DNA of 63,733 nucleotides, taken from NCBI GenBank assembly GCA_021813655.1, contig JAKAJU010000172.1, positions 1 to 63,733 of the forward strand, read 5' to 3'. This document shows positions 38,693-47,457 of the stretch, in pieces. Within the stretch, counting starts at the first letter, position 1. Each line of letters starts with the position of its first letter. A program made the translations under genes and the position numbers. The notes beneath the pieces are model-generated. The model worked only from the letters and a program-made list of their open reading frames with translations. It made no database searches and was not told where the DNA came from. This DNA comes from Chloroflexota bacterium. Its GTDB lineage: Bacteria; Chloroflexota; Limnocylindria; Limnocylindrales; CSP1-4.

Positions 38693-40617
38693 GGGTTCGT
38701 GCCTCCGCCGCCGCTGGTCGTGCTGTTGCGCTGGAAGGTCCCGCCGCCGGCCGGAGGTCCGCCGATATCGAGGCCGCCGCCACCGAAGAGCGAGCCGGCG
38801 CTGCGACCGCTCGACGAGGACGACGAATTTGCGGAGGAGACCGTCCCGGTGACGACCGTCTGGCCTTCCGAGAGGCCGCTCTTGATCTCGGCCATCGACG
38901 TGGTGACGAGTCCGACGGTCACGGGCGCCAGGGTGACGTTGCCGGTCGCGTCCATCACGCGCACGTAGTAGCCGTTGGTCGCGTCGCCGGTCAGGGCCTG
39001 GGTGCGCACCGCGGTGACGTTCGCCGACTGGGCGATGATGATCGCCACGCTCGCGGTCATCCCCACCTGGACGCCCGCCGGCTCTGTGTCGAGCGCCACG
39101 GTGACGGGATACGTCACGACGCTGCTCGTGCCGCCCGTCGCGGGCGTCGCGCCGATGATCGTCACCGTGCCGGGCGTGATCGAGGACGTCGCGGTGACGG
39201 TCACGTCGGCCGCCTGGCCTGTGGAGATCTTCGCGAGCGAGGACTCCGAGAAGTCGGCGGTGACCTCGTACGGGCCGACGTTCATGACGATGGCGGCGCC
39301 GGACGGAGCCGGGAGACCGGCGACGATGTTGACGGTCACGATCGTGCCGTCCTCGGGCGCGACGATCGAGGCGAGGTCCACGGCCTTCTGCGCCTCGTCG
39401 ACCGTGGCCTTCGCGTTGGCCACGGCGACGAGATCGGACGCGATCGTCGCCTCGACAGGGGTGGTCGTGGACGTGTAGCTCGTCAGCGCGCTCTCGAGCT
39501 GGAGGCCCGCCTAGTTCGCGGACTGCGCGCCCTGCTGTGTGGCTGCCGACGCGCGCTGCCGCGCGCTCGTGAGGTTGAGCTCGGCATCACGGACCTTCTG
39601 CTGCGCCGCCTCGATCGCCGTGGCGGACGGGGTCGTGTTCGTCGTGTAGGCCCGCTGGGCGGAGTCGAGGGAGGCCTTCGCCGAAGCCACCTGGCCCGCG
39701 GCCTGCTGCTCGGCCTGCGTCGCCTTGAGCTGGGCGTTGTCCAGCGCCGACTGCGCGTTGTCGGCGGCCTTCTGGGCAGCGGTGATCGCGGCCTGGTCCG
39801 CCGCGAGCGTCGCCGCCGAAGCCAGGCGGGCCTCGTCGTTCGCGTACTGCTGCCGGGCGAGAGCGTAGGCGGCGTTCGCGTCGTCGAGGCTCTTCTGCGC
39901 CTGTGCGATCGCCTGGTCGTCGGAGGTCTTCGTGTCCGCCTGGTTCTGGACGGCCTGGTCGTACGCGCGCTGCGCCGCATCGAGCTGGTCCTTCGCGGTC
40001 GCGATCTGGTCCGCGGTGGGTCCGGCCTGGGCGTCGGCAAGGGCCTGCTGCGCGTCGGCGAGCTGGTTCTGCGCGGTCGTGATCGAGATCGCGTTCGACT
40101 GCCGCGTCTCCGCTGCGTTCGCGCTCGCGTTCGCGACCGCGAGCTGGGCGGATCGGACCGCGTTGTTGGCGGATGCGATCTGCGCCGCGGTGGCGCCGGC
40201 CTCGTCGGTCTTGAGCCTCGCCTCGGCGGCCGTGAGCGTCGCCTGGTCGATCGACAGCTGGAGCTTCGCGCTCGTGGCGTCCGCCGTCGCGAGGACGTCG
40301 CCCTTCTTCACGGCCCGCCCGACGGTGACGTTGACCGACTCGACCGGCCAGGTCAACGACGCGGATCCCGAGCCGGTGCCGCTGTTCGCGCTCGACGACG
40401 TGCCGAGCGTGGGGACGGCGCCGAACGTGAGGGAGTACGAGGCGTGCGGGGCGATCGAGCCGGACCCGACGACCTGGTCCGTCACGGTCGTCACGGCGAC
40501 CTGGGAGGTGATGTACTGCGTCGAGCTCTTCCCGAGGCTCGGCCCGATGACCACGAAGCCGACGGCTCCGATGCCGACGACGATGAGCGCGGTCGCGGCC
40601 GCCACTCGCCACTTCAT
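38689..40617 (-). pseudogene. HlyD/MacA-type periplasmic adaptor interrupted by a single in-frame TAG (39511-39513)
   Basis: Track ORFs 39511..40671 and 38689..39423 are in the same frame. The 87 nt between them contain no other stop. The N-terminal part has a TM anchor, a lipoyl half and a long Ala/Gln coiled coil. The C-terminal part has IVAPEDGTIVTV followed by beta-barrel/MP-like sequence. Confidence 0.7.
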
Positions 40618-40920
40618 GCCTGGGTGCCCTCTCTGCAAGACTCCGGCGGCAGATCGGGGTGACCGACTCATCTCGACGCGGCGCGCCGACCGTCATCGTC
40701 GCGGGCGACCCTGAAAGGAGCATGAAACGGGGTCTCGGTCCGACGGGTGCCGCGCGCGGCGAGGGCCGGGCGGCCCGTCGACCGGCCGCCGGCGACGGAG
40801 GGTGCGCCGCTCGGAGCCACAGGCTCCGGGCGAAGCTTCGGCGCACCGGGAGTCGACCGGCGGACGGCTGGGCGGTCCGAGGCGGCGCGGGCGACGGCGC
40901 TGGGCGGCCGTCGGGCGGGC

Positions 40921-41670
40921 TCAGACGGCCGGCTCTGCCCGGATGACGTCCTCGCCGTATGTCATCGCGACCCGCTCGCCCGGCTGCACGACGAGGAAGT
41001 CGTCCTCCCAGTCGCCGGCCAGGAGGCGCCGGACGAGCACCAGGTCACCGGCGATCCGCTCGAACGCCCAGCCCCGGCGGTCGGCATCGTCCCGCGCACG
41101 TGCCTCGATCGCTTCGCCGGGCGCGACCCCGAGGTCGATGTAGGCGGCCCGGTCGTAGTGGCTGCGCCATCCGCCGAGCGCCTCCATGAGGTAGTCGGCG
41201 TTGTCCTTGCCGTACGTCTCGACGTACTGCGCGTACGTCGCCTTCATCTCGTCCTCGGTGCCCGAGGCGATCCCGAGCCCTGTCAGCTCCGCGCCGGGCA
41301 CGTCCTCCCGCTCGATGTAGTCCTGCGTGTACCAGAACGTCCCGGGATGGTCGGTGAACTCGCGCTGGTATCGCTCGCGATCGCCGAGGAAGAGCGTGAT
41401 GCAGTCGTGCGCCCGCGGCACGACCATCGGGACGCGCCCGGCGCGGAGGCCGGCGGTCGCCTTGCCACACAGCGCGTACCCGAGCGCGACGGCGTCGTAG
41501 CTGACGGGGTCGGCGGCGTCCACGGCCTCCTGCAGGACGGTCCGCAGGTTCGCCGGCACCTCGTGCAGGCCCCGGCGCAGGAGATCCACATCGACGACGT
41601 GCGGCGACGTGGCGGCCGCGAGGTAGAGCGGGCGCGCGAGGACCTCGCAGCCGAGGCAGAGGATGCGCAT
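40921..41670 (-). CDS. DUF1638 domain protein
   Basis: MRILCLGCEVLARPLY...VPRAHDCITLFLG...WYTQDYIE matches my recollection of the DUF1638 pattern. It lies 29 nt downstream of arsR on the same strand. Confidence 0.65.
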   Translation of the reverse strand: MRILCLGCEVLARPLYLAAATSPHVVDVDLLRRGLHEVPANLRTVLQEAVDAADPVSYDAVALGYALCGKATAGLRAGRVPMVVPRAHDCITLFLGDRERYQREFTDHPGTFWYTQDYIEREDVPGAELTGLGIASGTEDEMKATYAQYVETYGKDNADYLMEALGGWRSHYDRAAYIDLGVAPGEAIEARARDDADRRGWAFERIAGDLVLVRRLLAGDWEDDFLVVQPGERVAMTYGEDVIRAEPAV

Positions 41671-41699
41671 CGGGCAAGAGTAGCGGCCGGCGGCGGCCC

Positions 41700-42041
41700 T
41701 CAGCGCGCCTGGAGGTTCGGCGCGGCGGCCGATCCGGCGATCATCGACGCGGGTCGGGCGTCCCCCACCACGATCTCCCCCGCCAGCTCACGGAACCGCG
41801 CGACGGCTTCGGGCCGCAGCGAGTACCAGATCCAGCTGCCGCGCCGATCGCCGGTCACCCAGCCCGCCTCGCGCAGGATCCGCAGGTGGTGCGAGACGGT
41901 CGGCTGCGCCACGTCACAGCAGGCGGTGAAGTCGCACGCGCACACCGGCCCCTCGGTGCTCAGCTGTCGCAGGATGGCCAGTCGAGTCGGGTCGCCGGCC
42001 GCCTGGAGCAGCCGGACATCGGGATCCACTACGCGCTTCAT
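41700..42041 (-). CDS. arsR: ArsR/SmtB family metalloregulator
   Basis: AAGDPTRLAILRQLSTEGPVCACDFTACCDVAQPTVSHHLRILREAGWV contains the wHTH and metal-site cysteines. In-frame ATG at 42041. Confidence 0.9.
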   Translation of the reverse strand: MKRVVDPDVRLLQAAGDPTRLAILRQLSTEGPVCACDFTACCDVAQPTVSHHLRILREAGWVTGDRRGSWIWYSLRPEAVARFRELAGEIVVGDARPASMIAGSAAAPNLQAR

Positions 42042-42066
42042 GCGACCAGCATATCGACGCAATCCT

Positions 42067-42086
42067 ATATTGACAATCATCAATAT
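42067..42086. promoter_or_regulatory. candidate ArsR operator: ATATTGA-N6-TCAATAT
   Basis: Perfect 7-bp inverted repeat in the AT-richer divergent intergenic region. A half-site-like ATATCGAC lies at 42051-42058. Confidence 0.4.
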
Positions 42087-42121
42087 GGTGCTAGAGTCAC
42101 GTGCAGATGGAGGTGCTCACG

Positions 42122-42307
42122 ATGGCATTCGACGATCTCACCTACGCCCGCGCGATCATGGCCGACCGCGAGAGGGACGCCGCCCGGCGGCGACTCGCGC
42201 GGATCGCGGGTCTCGCCCGGGCCGCCGCGTCGTGCTGCGACGGTCGCGTCTCGGCGCTCCGGCGGTTCCTGTCACTCACCCCTTCGTCCACGCGCGGCAC
42301 CTGCTAG
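42122..42307 (+). CDS. small hypothetical protein with vicinal Cys pair, upstream of arsM
   Basis: MAFDDLTYARAIMADRERDAARRRLARIAGLARAAASCCDGRVSALRRFLSLTPSSTRGTC. GGAGG lies 8 nt upstream of the ATG. Third positions are GC-rich. The ORF ends 13 nt before arsM. Confidence 0.35.
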   Translation: MAFDDLTYARAIMADRERDAARRRLARIAGLARAAASCCDGRVSALRRFLSLTPSSTRGTC

Positions 42308-42320
42308 GACGGTGAACCAG

Positions 42321-43139
42321 ATGTCCACGGACCTTCACGACCGGATGCGCGCCCACTACGGCGCCGAAGCCCAGCGGATGCTCGGAGCCCTCGAGCGGCG
42401 CGACGCAGGCGACCCGGGCACGGCGCTGCCGGTCCTCGAGGACGTCGGGTTGGCGTGCTGCGGGGATGCCTCCGGCGGCGCGGGCTGTGCGGAGGCGCAG
42501 GGCTCGTCCTTCGGACCGGAGCTCTACGGGGCGCTCGAGCGCGCGGAGCTCCCCGATGCTGCAGCTCTCGCGAGCCTCGGGTGCGGGAACCCGGTGGCGG
42601 TGGCGGAGCTGCGGCCCGGCGAGACGGTCCTCGACCTCGGATCCGGTGGCGGGATCGACGTCCTCCTGTCGGCGCGACGGGTCGGGCCGGACGGCCGGGC
42701 GATCGGCCTGGACATGACCGACGAGATGATCGCGCTCGCGCGGCGCAACGCCCGCGAGGCGGGCGTGGCCAACGTCGAGTTCGTCAAGGGGACGATCGAG
42801 GCGATGCCGCTGGCGGACGCGTCCGTGGACGTCGTCATCAGCAACTGCGTCATCAACCTCGCGGCCGACAAGGACTCCGTCTTCCGCGAGATCGCGCGGG
42901 TCCTGCGCCCCGGCGGTCGGATCGGCGTGAGCGACGTCGTCGCGGAGGACGAGCTGTCCGAGGCGGACCGCGAGAAGCGCGGCAGCTGGGCCGCATGCTA
43001 CGCGGGCACCCTGTCGTTCGCGGAGTACCGCTCGGGGCTGGCGGCAGCCGGCCTGGCCGACGTCGAGATCGTGCCCACCCACCTCGTGGCCGACCGGATG
43101 CATTCCGCGATCATCCGGGCCACCCGGCCCGCGAACTGA
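42321..43139 (+). CDS. arsM: arsenite S-adenosylmethionine methyltransferase
   Basis: [34 protein letters not shown] and SWAACYAG give the SAM motif plus the conserved ArsM cysteines. Confidence 0.85.
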   Translation: MSTDLHDRMRAHYGAEAQRMLGALERRDAGDPGTALPVLEDVGLACCGDASGGAGCAEAQGSSFGPELYGALERAELPDAAALASLGCGNPVAVAELRPGETVLDLGSGGGIDVLLSARRVGPDGRAIGLDMTDEMIALARRNAREAGVANVEFVKGTIEAMPLADASVDVVISNCVINLAADKDSVFREIARVLRPGGRIGVSDVVAEDELSEADREKRGSWAACYAGTLSFAEYRSGLAAAGLADVEIVPTHLVADRMHSAIIRATRPAN

Positions 43140-43143
43140 CGTT

Positions 43144-43158
43144 CGTGCCGCCGGCACG
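43144..43158. terminator. GC hairpin between convergent arsM and K+ channel genes
   Basis: cgtgccg-c-cggcacg. A second hairpin, gaccgc...gcggtc, lies at 43169-43186. There is no T-tract. Confidence 0.25.
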
Positions 43159-43197
43159 ACGAGCAGGCGACCGCGGGCCGGCGGTCCGGACGGGCCG

Positions 43198-44043
43198 TCA
43201 GCCCGCGTCGGGACGGAGGGACGCGCGCAGTGCGGCGACCTCCGCGCGCAGGCTTGCAAGCTCCGTCGCGACCGCGTCGGGGGAGGCGCCGGCTGGGACC
43301 GGCGTCGGGGTGACCGACGCCGCGGCGCCTGTCGCAGGCCCGGGGGCGGGCTCGGCGTGCGCGGAGTCCGACGACGGCGCCACGAGCATGCTCGCGAGGA
43401 TGCTCGCGAGCGCACCGATGATCCCGACGCCCGAGAACATGACGAGGATCCCGGTGACCCGGCCGAGAGCCGTCACCGGGTAGAAGTCGCCGTAGCCGAC
43501 GGTCGTGATCGTCACGATCGCCCACCACAGTGCGTCTCCGCCGCTGGTGATGTTGGCGTCCGGCGACCGGTTCTCGAACTGCAGCACGAGCATGCTCGCG
43601 ACCGTCAGGACCAGCCCGGCGAGCAGGACCGTGATGAAGCTCGCGTACTCGCCGCGGTTTCGCAGCACGTCGTTGACGAGCTGCTTCTTGTCGTTGCCGC
43701 GGAGCAGCTTGCCGATGCGTGCCAGCCGGCTGAGCCGCGCCAGGCGGAGGAGGGCGGTGAGCTGGAAGAAGCCGAACGCGGGGATCGAGCCGAGGAGGTC
43801 GAGCCAGCCCCGTTGGCTGACGAGATACGCCCGCCTGGGTCGCGCGCCCGCCAGGTTGTACCCGAAGTCGACGAGGAAGATGAGGCAGATCGCGTTGTCG
43901 TAGACGTTCGCGAGATCGCGCGTGTCCTGGTCGATCGGAAGGACGAGCAGGACCATCAGGGCGAGCGAGTAGAGCGTGAGGACGAGGATGAAGATGTTGT
44001 AGGCGTTACCGTGCTGGACCGTGACGGGCCTCGCGGCGGTCAT
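43198..44043 (-). CDS. voltage-gated K+ channel (6-TM, Kv-like)
   Basis: S4-like LLRLARLSRLARIGKLLR. The selectivity filter is TITTVGYGD. Confidence 0.85.
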   Translation of the reverse strand: MTAARPVTVQHGNAYNIFILVLTLYSLALMVLLVLPIDQDTRDLANVYDNAICLIFLVDFGYNLAGARPRRAYLVSQRGWLDLLGSIPAFGFFQLTALLRLARLSRLARIGKLLRGNDKKQLVNDVLRNRGEYASFITVLLAGLVLTVASMLVLQFENRSPDANITSGGDALWWAIVTITTVGYGDFYPVTALGRVTGILVMFSGVGIIGALASILASMLVAPSSDSAHAEPAPGPATGAAASVTPTPVPAGASPDAVATELASLRAEVAALRASLRPDAG

Positions 44044-44237
44044 CTCCCGGCATCCTCCTCACGATCACCGACGGTCCAGGTGGGCACATCGTAGCCACCC
44101 GCCATGGCACGGCGCCGCGGGTGCGTGCGGAGGCGCGTGACAGCGTCCCGTGCCGCGTCAGGTGCCCGCGGGCGGGACTACACTCCTCTCGGGCGTCTCG
44201 CGGCCGCGTGGCGCCCGAGCGGGCGGGAGGTGTGATC

Positions 44238-44531
44238 ATGGGTTGCCTGATCGCCGTGTTCGCCGCGGTTCTCCCGCGCGTGCTCGTCCTCCTCGGCTGG
44301 TACAACGATCAGGCGCGGTGGAGCGCCGCCTTCGGCTCACCCGTCTGGCTCCTGCTCGGCTTCCTCCTGGTCCCGTGGACCACGTTCTTCTTCGCTCTCT
44401 TCCAGCCGACCGGCTTCGGCGGCTTCTCGATCGTCATCCTCCTGGTCGCACTCCTCGTCGACGTCGCGACGTGGGGTGGCGGCCTCTTCGGGAACCGCGA
44501 CAAGGTCCCGGGCCTCTACGACCGCGACTGA
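44238..44531 (+). CDS. small integral membrane protein
   Basis: GGGAGG precedes ATG 44238. Three hydrophobic segments are present. Confidence 0.6.
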   Translation: MGCLIAVFAAVLPRVLVLLGWYNDQARWSAAFGSPVWLLLGFLLVPWTTFFFALFQPTGFGGFSIVILLVALLVDVATWGGGLFGNRDKVPGLYDRD

Positions 44532-44602
44532 CCGGGTTCGGGGCCACGGCCCCGCGAGGCCTCGACGAGCCGGATCCCGCGACGCCCCGACTCCGCGCGC
44601 CG

Positions 44603-46429
44603 TCAGCGGTGGAGGTATGCCGGCAGGGTCGTCGTCGTCGTGTTGCCGGCCGCGTCGGTGACGGTCAGCCGGAGCCGGACGCAGATCGGCCCGACCACCG
44701 TGAACGGGTACTCGGCGATGCCGGGCGGCACCGTCCCCGTCCCCCACGTCCGCCACCCCGTGCAGGTCGAGCCCGAGACCCGCCCGGACTGCGTGACGAC
44801 CCGCGTCGGCTTCGCGACGCCCGACCCGCCGGTCCCGTCGTCCACCGCCCACCGGAAGACGATCCGCGTCGCCGAGATGCGCGTGAGCTTCTTCGGGAGG
44901 ACCGGGCGGATCACCGGCTTCCGCCTGTCCGCGAAGACGACGTGCGTCGTCGCGGAGGCTGCGTTCCCGGACGTGTCGACGACGTCGATGCGCCACCGGT
45001 AGCAGGTGCCGTCCGACAGCGTCCCCGACGTCTGGTGAGTCGCGTCCGTTACGATCGGATCGCCCGTCGGCGCCCATGTCGAGTCGTCGCAGACGCCCCC
45101 GGCGACAGGTGTCGCCTCCCGGGTCACCGTCCGGCTGGCGATCGTCGCTCCGGGTGCCGTGGTCTCGTCCCACGTGACGTCGATCGTCGTCGCTCGCGTG
45201 TACGTGACGCCCCGGGTCGGCGCCGTCACCGTGATGACGGGCGCACCGGGGACCGGCTGCGCCGGAGGGACGACCTCCGTGCCGAGCGCGGCGAGCGCCC
45301 GCGAGACGTCGATCCGCCCGCCGCCGATCGCGTCGGCAGGGACGACGGCGGCGGCCGTCGAGCGGAGGGCCTCCTCGCGCTCGGCCATCGTGGACGACGG
45401 AGCCGCCGACGCCATGAGCGCGAGCGCGCCGGCGACCACGGGGGCCGAGAACGAGGTGCCTCCGACCCGCCACTGCTTGCCGTCCGCGCTGACGACCGCG
45501 GCCTCGCCGGGAGCCGCGAGATCGACCCAGGACCCGAAGGAGGAGTCAGGGTCGAGTGCGTCCACCTGGTCCGTCCACGCGACCGAGAGGACTCCGGGGG
45601 CGGCCGCCGGGTACTCGCGCTCGGAGTCGCCTTCGTTGCCGGCTCCGGCGACCACGCTCACGCCGGCCGATCGCGCGTAGCGGACTGCCGCATCGTCCTC
45701 GCCCGCCCCGTTCTTCCCGGCGAGGCTGAGGTTGATGACGGTCGCACCGTGGTCCACCGCCCAGTAGATCCCGGCATCGATGTCGGTGGTCCATCCGGGG
45801 CCGGAACCGCGCATGACCTTCACGGGGAGGACGGAGCACCGCGGGCAGATCCCCGCCCCGCCCGAGCCGTTGTCGATCCGGCCGGCGGCCACCTCGGCGA
45901 CGAACGTCCCGTGGCCGACCGAGTCGGAGGTGTCCGACCCGCCGTTCACGATGTCGGTCCCCGGGAGGACCGCGCCGGCCAGGTCCGCCTTCTCGTTGAC
46001 GCCGGAGTCCAGGACGGCGATCACGACGTCGGGCGACCCGAGCGAGACGCCCCAGGCCGCGGGTGCCCCGATCCGCCTGGCGCCCCACATCTCGGACCAG
46101 AGGGGGTCGCTCGGGATGTGGTCGGCGGCGATCCGGGCGACCCCGTCGGGCCGGGTGCTGCCGGCGCCGTACCGCCGGACGAGATCCGCGTACGCCTCCG
46201 CCGCGCGCGCCGAGGGCACGTCGATCGCCACTCCCCCGCCCCTCAGCAACCGAACGATGCGGGCGGCCGGGAAGGGCGCCTGCGCACCGTCGGGCGCCAC
46301 GAGTCGGACCGTCCCGCCGATCGACGCGAACGCGGGGACCGGCGTGGACGCCATGGCCGGCACCGCGGCAGCGGCCGCCAGGACGAGGACCGATGCCGCG
46401 ACGATGACACGGCCGACCGTACGGTTCAC
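44603..46429 (-). CDS. secreted S8 (subtilisin-like) serine peptidase with C-terminal Ig-like domains
   Basis: VIAVLDSGV (Asp), GHGTFVA (His) and GGTSFSAPVVAG (Ser) form the catalytic triad. The signal peptide follows GTG 46429. The upstream part of the track ORF was rejected. Confidence 0.85.
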   Translation of the reverse strand: MNRTVGRVIVAASVLVLAAAAAVPAMASTPVPAFASIGGTVRLVAPDGAQAPFPAARIVRLLRGGGVAIDVPSARAAEAYADLVRRYGAGSTRPDGVARIAADHIPSDPLWSEMWGARRIGAPAAWGVSLGSPDVVIAVLDSGVNEKADLAGAVLPGTDIVNGGSDTSDSVGHGTFVAEVAAGRIDNGSGGAGICPRCSVLPVKVMRGSGPGWTTDIDAGIYWAVDHGATVINLSLAGKNGAGEDDAAVRYARSAGVSVVAGAGNEGDSEREYPAAAPGVLSVAWTDQVDALDPDSSFGSWVDLAAPGEAAVVSADGKQWRVGGTSFSAPVVAGALALMASAAPSSTMAEREEALRSTAAAVVPADAIGGGRIDVSRALAALGTEVVPPAQPVPGAPVITVTAPTRGVTYTRATTIDVTWDETTAPGATIASRTVTREATPVAGGVCDDSTWAPTGDPIVTDATHQTSGTLSDGTCYRWRIDVVDTSGNAASATTHVVFADRRKPVIRPVLPKKLTRISATRIVFRWAVDDGTGGSGVAKPTRVVTQSGRVSGSTCTGWRTWGTGTVPPGIAEYPFTVVGPICVRLRLTVTDAAGNTTTTTLPAYLHR

Positions 46430-46548
46430 GCGCTTGCCCCCAGCGGCCACGAGCGGGACGCCTCCACCGACCGATGCTACGCCGGGGCAGTCGGTCGCGC
46501 TGCCCGCGGGCCGCGCGCCACGGTCCGTCCCGTCCGATACTGGCAGCG

Positions 46549-47127
46549 ATGCGACGGATCGCCGTCTTCTGCGGAGCCACGACGGGGAGGGACCCCGGAC
46601 ACCTTGCCGCCGCACGCCACCTCGGGGCGGTCCTCGCGGCACGCGGGATCGGGGCGGTCACCGGCGGTGGCCGCGTGGGGCTCATGGGCGCGGTCGCCGA
46701 CGCCGTCCTCGCGGGCGGCGGGGAGGTCGTGGGCGTCATCCCGCGCCGGCTCGTCGATCGCGAGCTCGCCCACCCCGGGCTCACCGAGCTCGTGGTCGTG
46801 GACACGCTCGCCGAGCGCAAGGCCACGATGGTCGACCTGTCGGACGGGTTCGTCGCGCTGCCCGGGGGCATCGGGACGCTCGACGAGCTCGCCGAGGTCC
46901 TCTCGTGGGCCCAGCTCGGCCTTCACGCCAAGCCGACGGGCCTCCTCGACGTGGGCGGCTACTGGCGGCCGCTGCTCGCGTGGCTCGACGCGTCGGTCGC
47001 CGAGGGCTACGTGACGCCGGCACACCGCGACGCGATCGTCGTGGGCGAGGACCCCGCGGCCCTGCTGGATGCGTTCGCCACCTTCCGGGCACCGGGGGAC
47101 CGCTGGGAGACGGCGGACTCGCGCTGA
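46549..47127 (+). CDS. LOG family (TIGR00730) nucleotide phosphoribohydrolase
   Basis: VFCGA, GGGRVGLMG and the LPGGIGTLDEL motif. In-frame ATG at 46549. Confidence 0.9.
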   Translation: MRRIAVFCGATTGRDPGHLAAARHLGAVLAARGIGAVTGGGRVGLMGAVADAVLAGGGEVVGVIPRRLVDRELAHPGLTELVVVDTLAERKATMVDLSDGFVALPGGIGTLDELAEVLSWAQLGLHAKPTGLLDVGGYWRPLLAWLDASVAEGYVTPAHRDAIVVGEDPAALLDAFATFRAPGDRWETADSR

Positions 47128-47161
47128 TCGACCGCCGCCGGTGCCCAGGGCAACCGGTGTC

Positions 47162-47236
47162 TGGTCGGGGCGGTGGGATTCGAACCCACATCCTCGTGCT
47201 CCCAAAGCACGTGCGCCACCGTTGCGCCACGCCCCG
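47162..47236 (-). tRNA. tRNA-Pro (anticodon TGG), CCA encoded
   Basis: CGGGGCG-TG-GCGC-AACGGTG-GCGC-A-CGTGC-TTTGGGA-GCACG-AGGAT-GTGGG-TTCGAAT-CCCAC-CGCCCCG-A-CCA. Confidence 0.9.
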
Positions 47237-47457
47237 ACGGATCCGGCACCCACGATCGCACGCGGGGTGGTCGGGCGCCGCCCGTCGGTAGCCTACACCG
47301 GCGCCCGCATCGGGCGGCCGCCGACCCCGGTCCGTGCGCGGCGGACGTGACTTCCGTCGCTGCCACGGGAGGCATTCGGCACCATCACCCGCACGCCGTC
47401 CTCCGGCACCATCGCCGGGGAGGAGCGACCCCCCTTGTCCCGGCACGAGGTTCCCGC

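Noticed and set aside
39511-39513. In-frame TAG as a pyrrolysine codon, considered because corrinoid methyltransferase genes are nearby.
   Set aside because: The TAG lies in an efflux adaptor, not in a methylamine methyltransferase. No pylT or pylSBCD is visible in the window. TAG serves as an ordinary stop for other genes here, including resB, sdhC and the 42122-42307 ORF.
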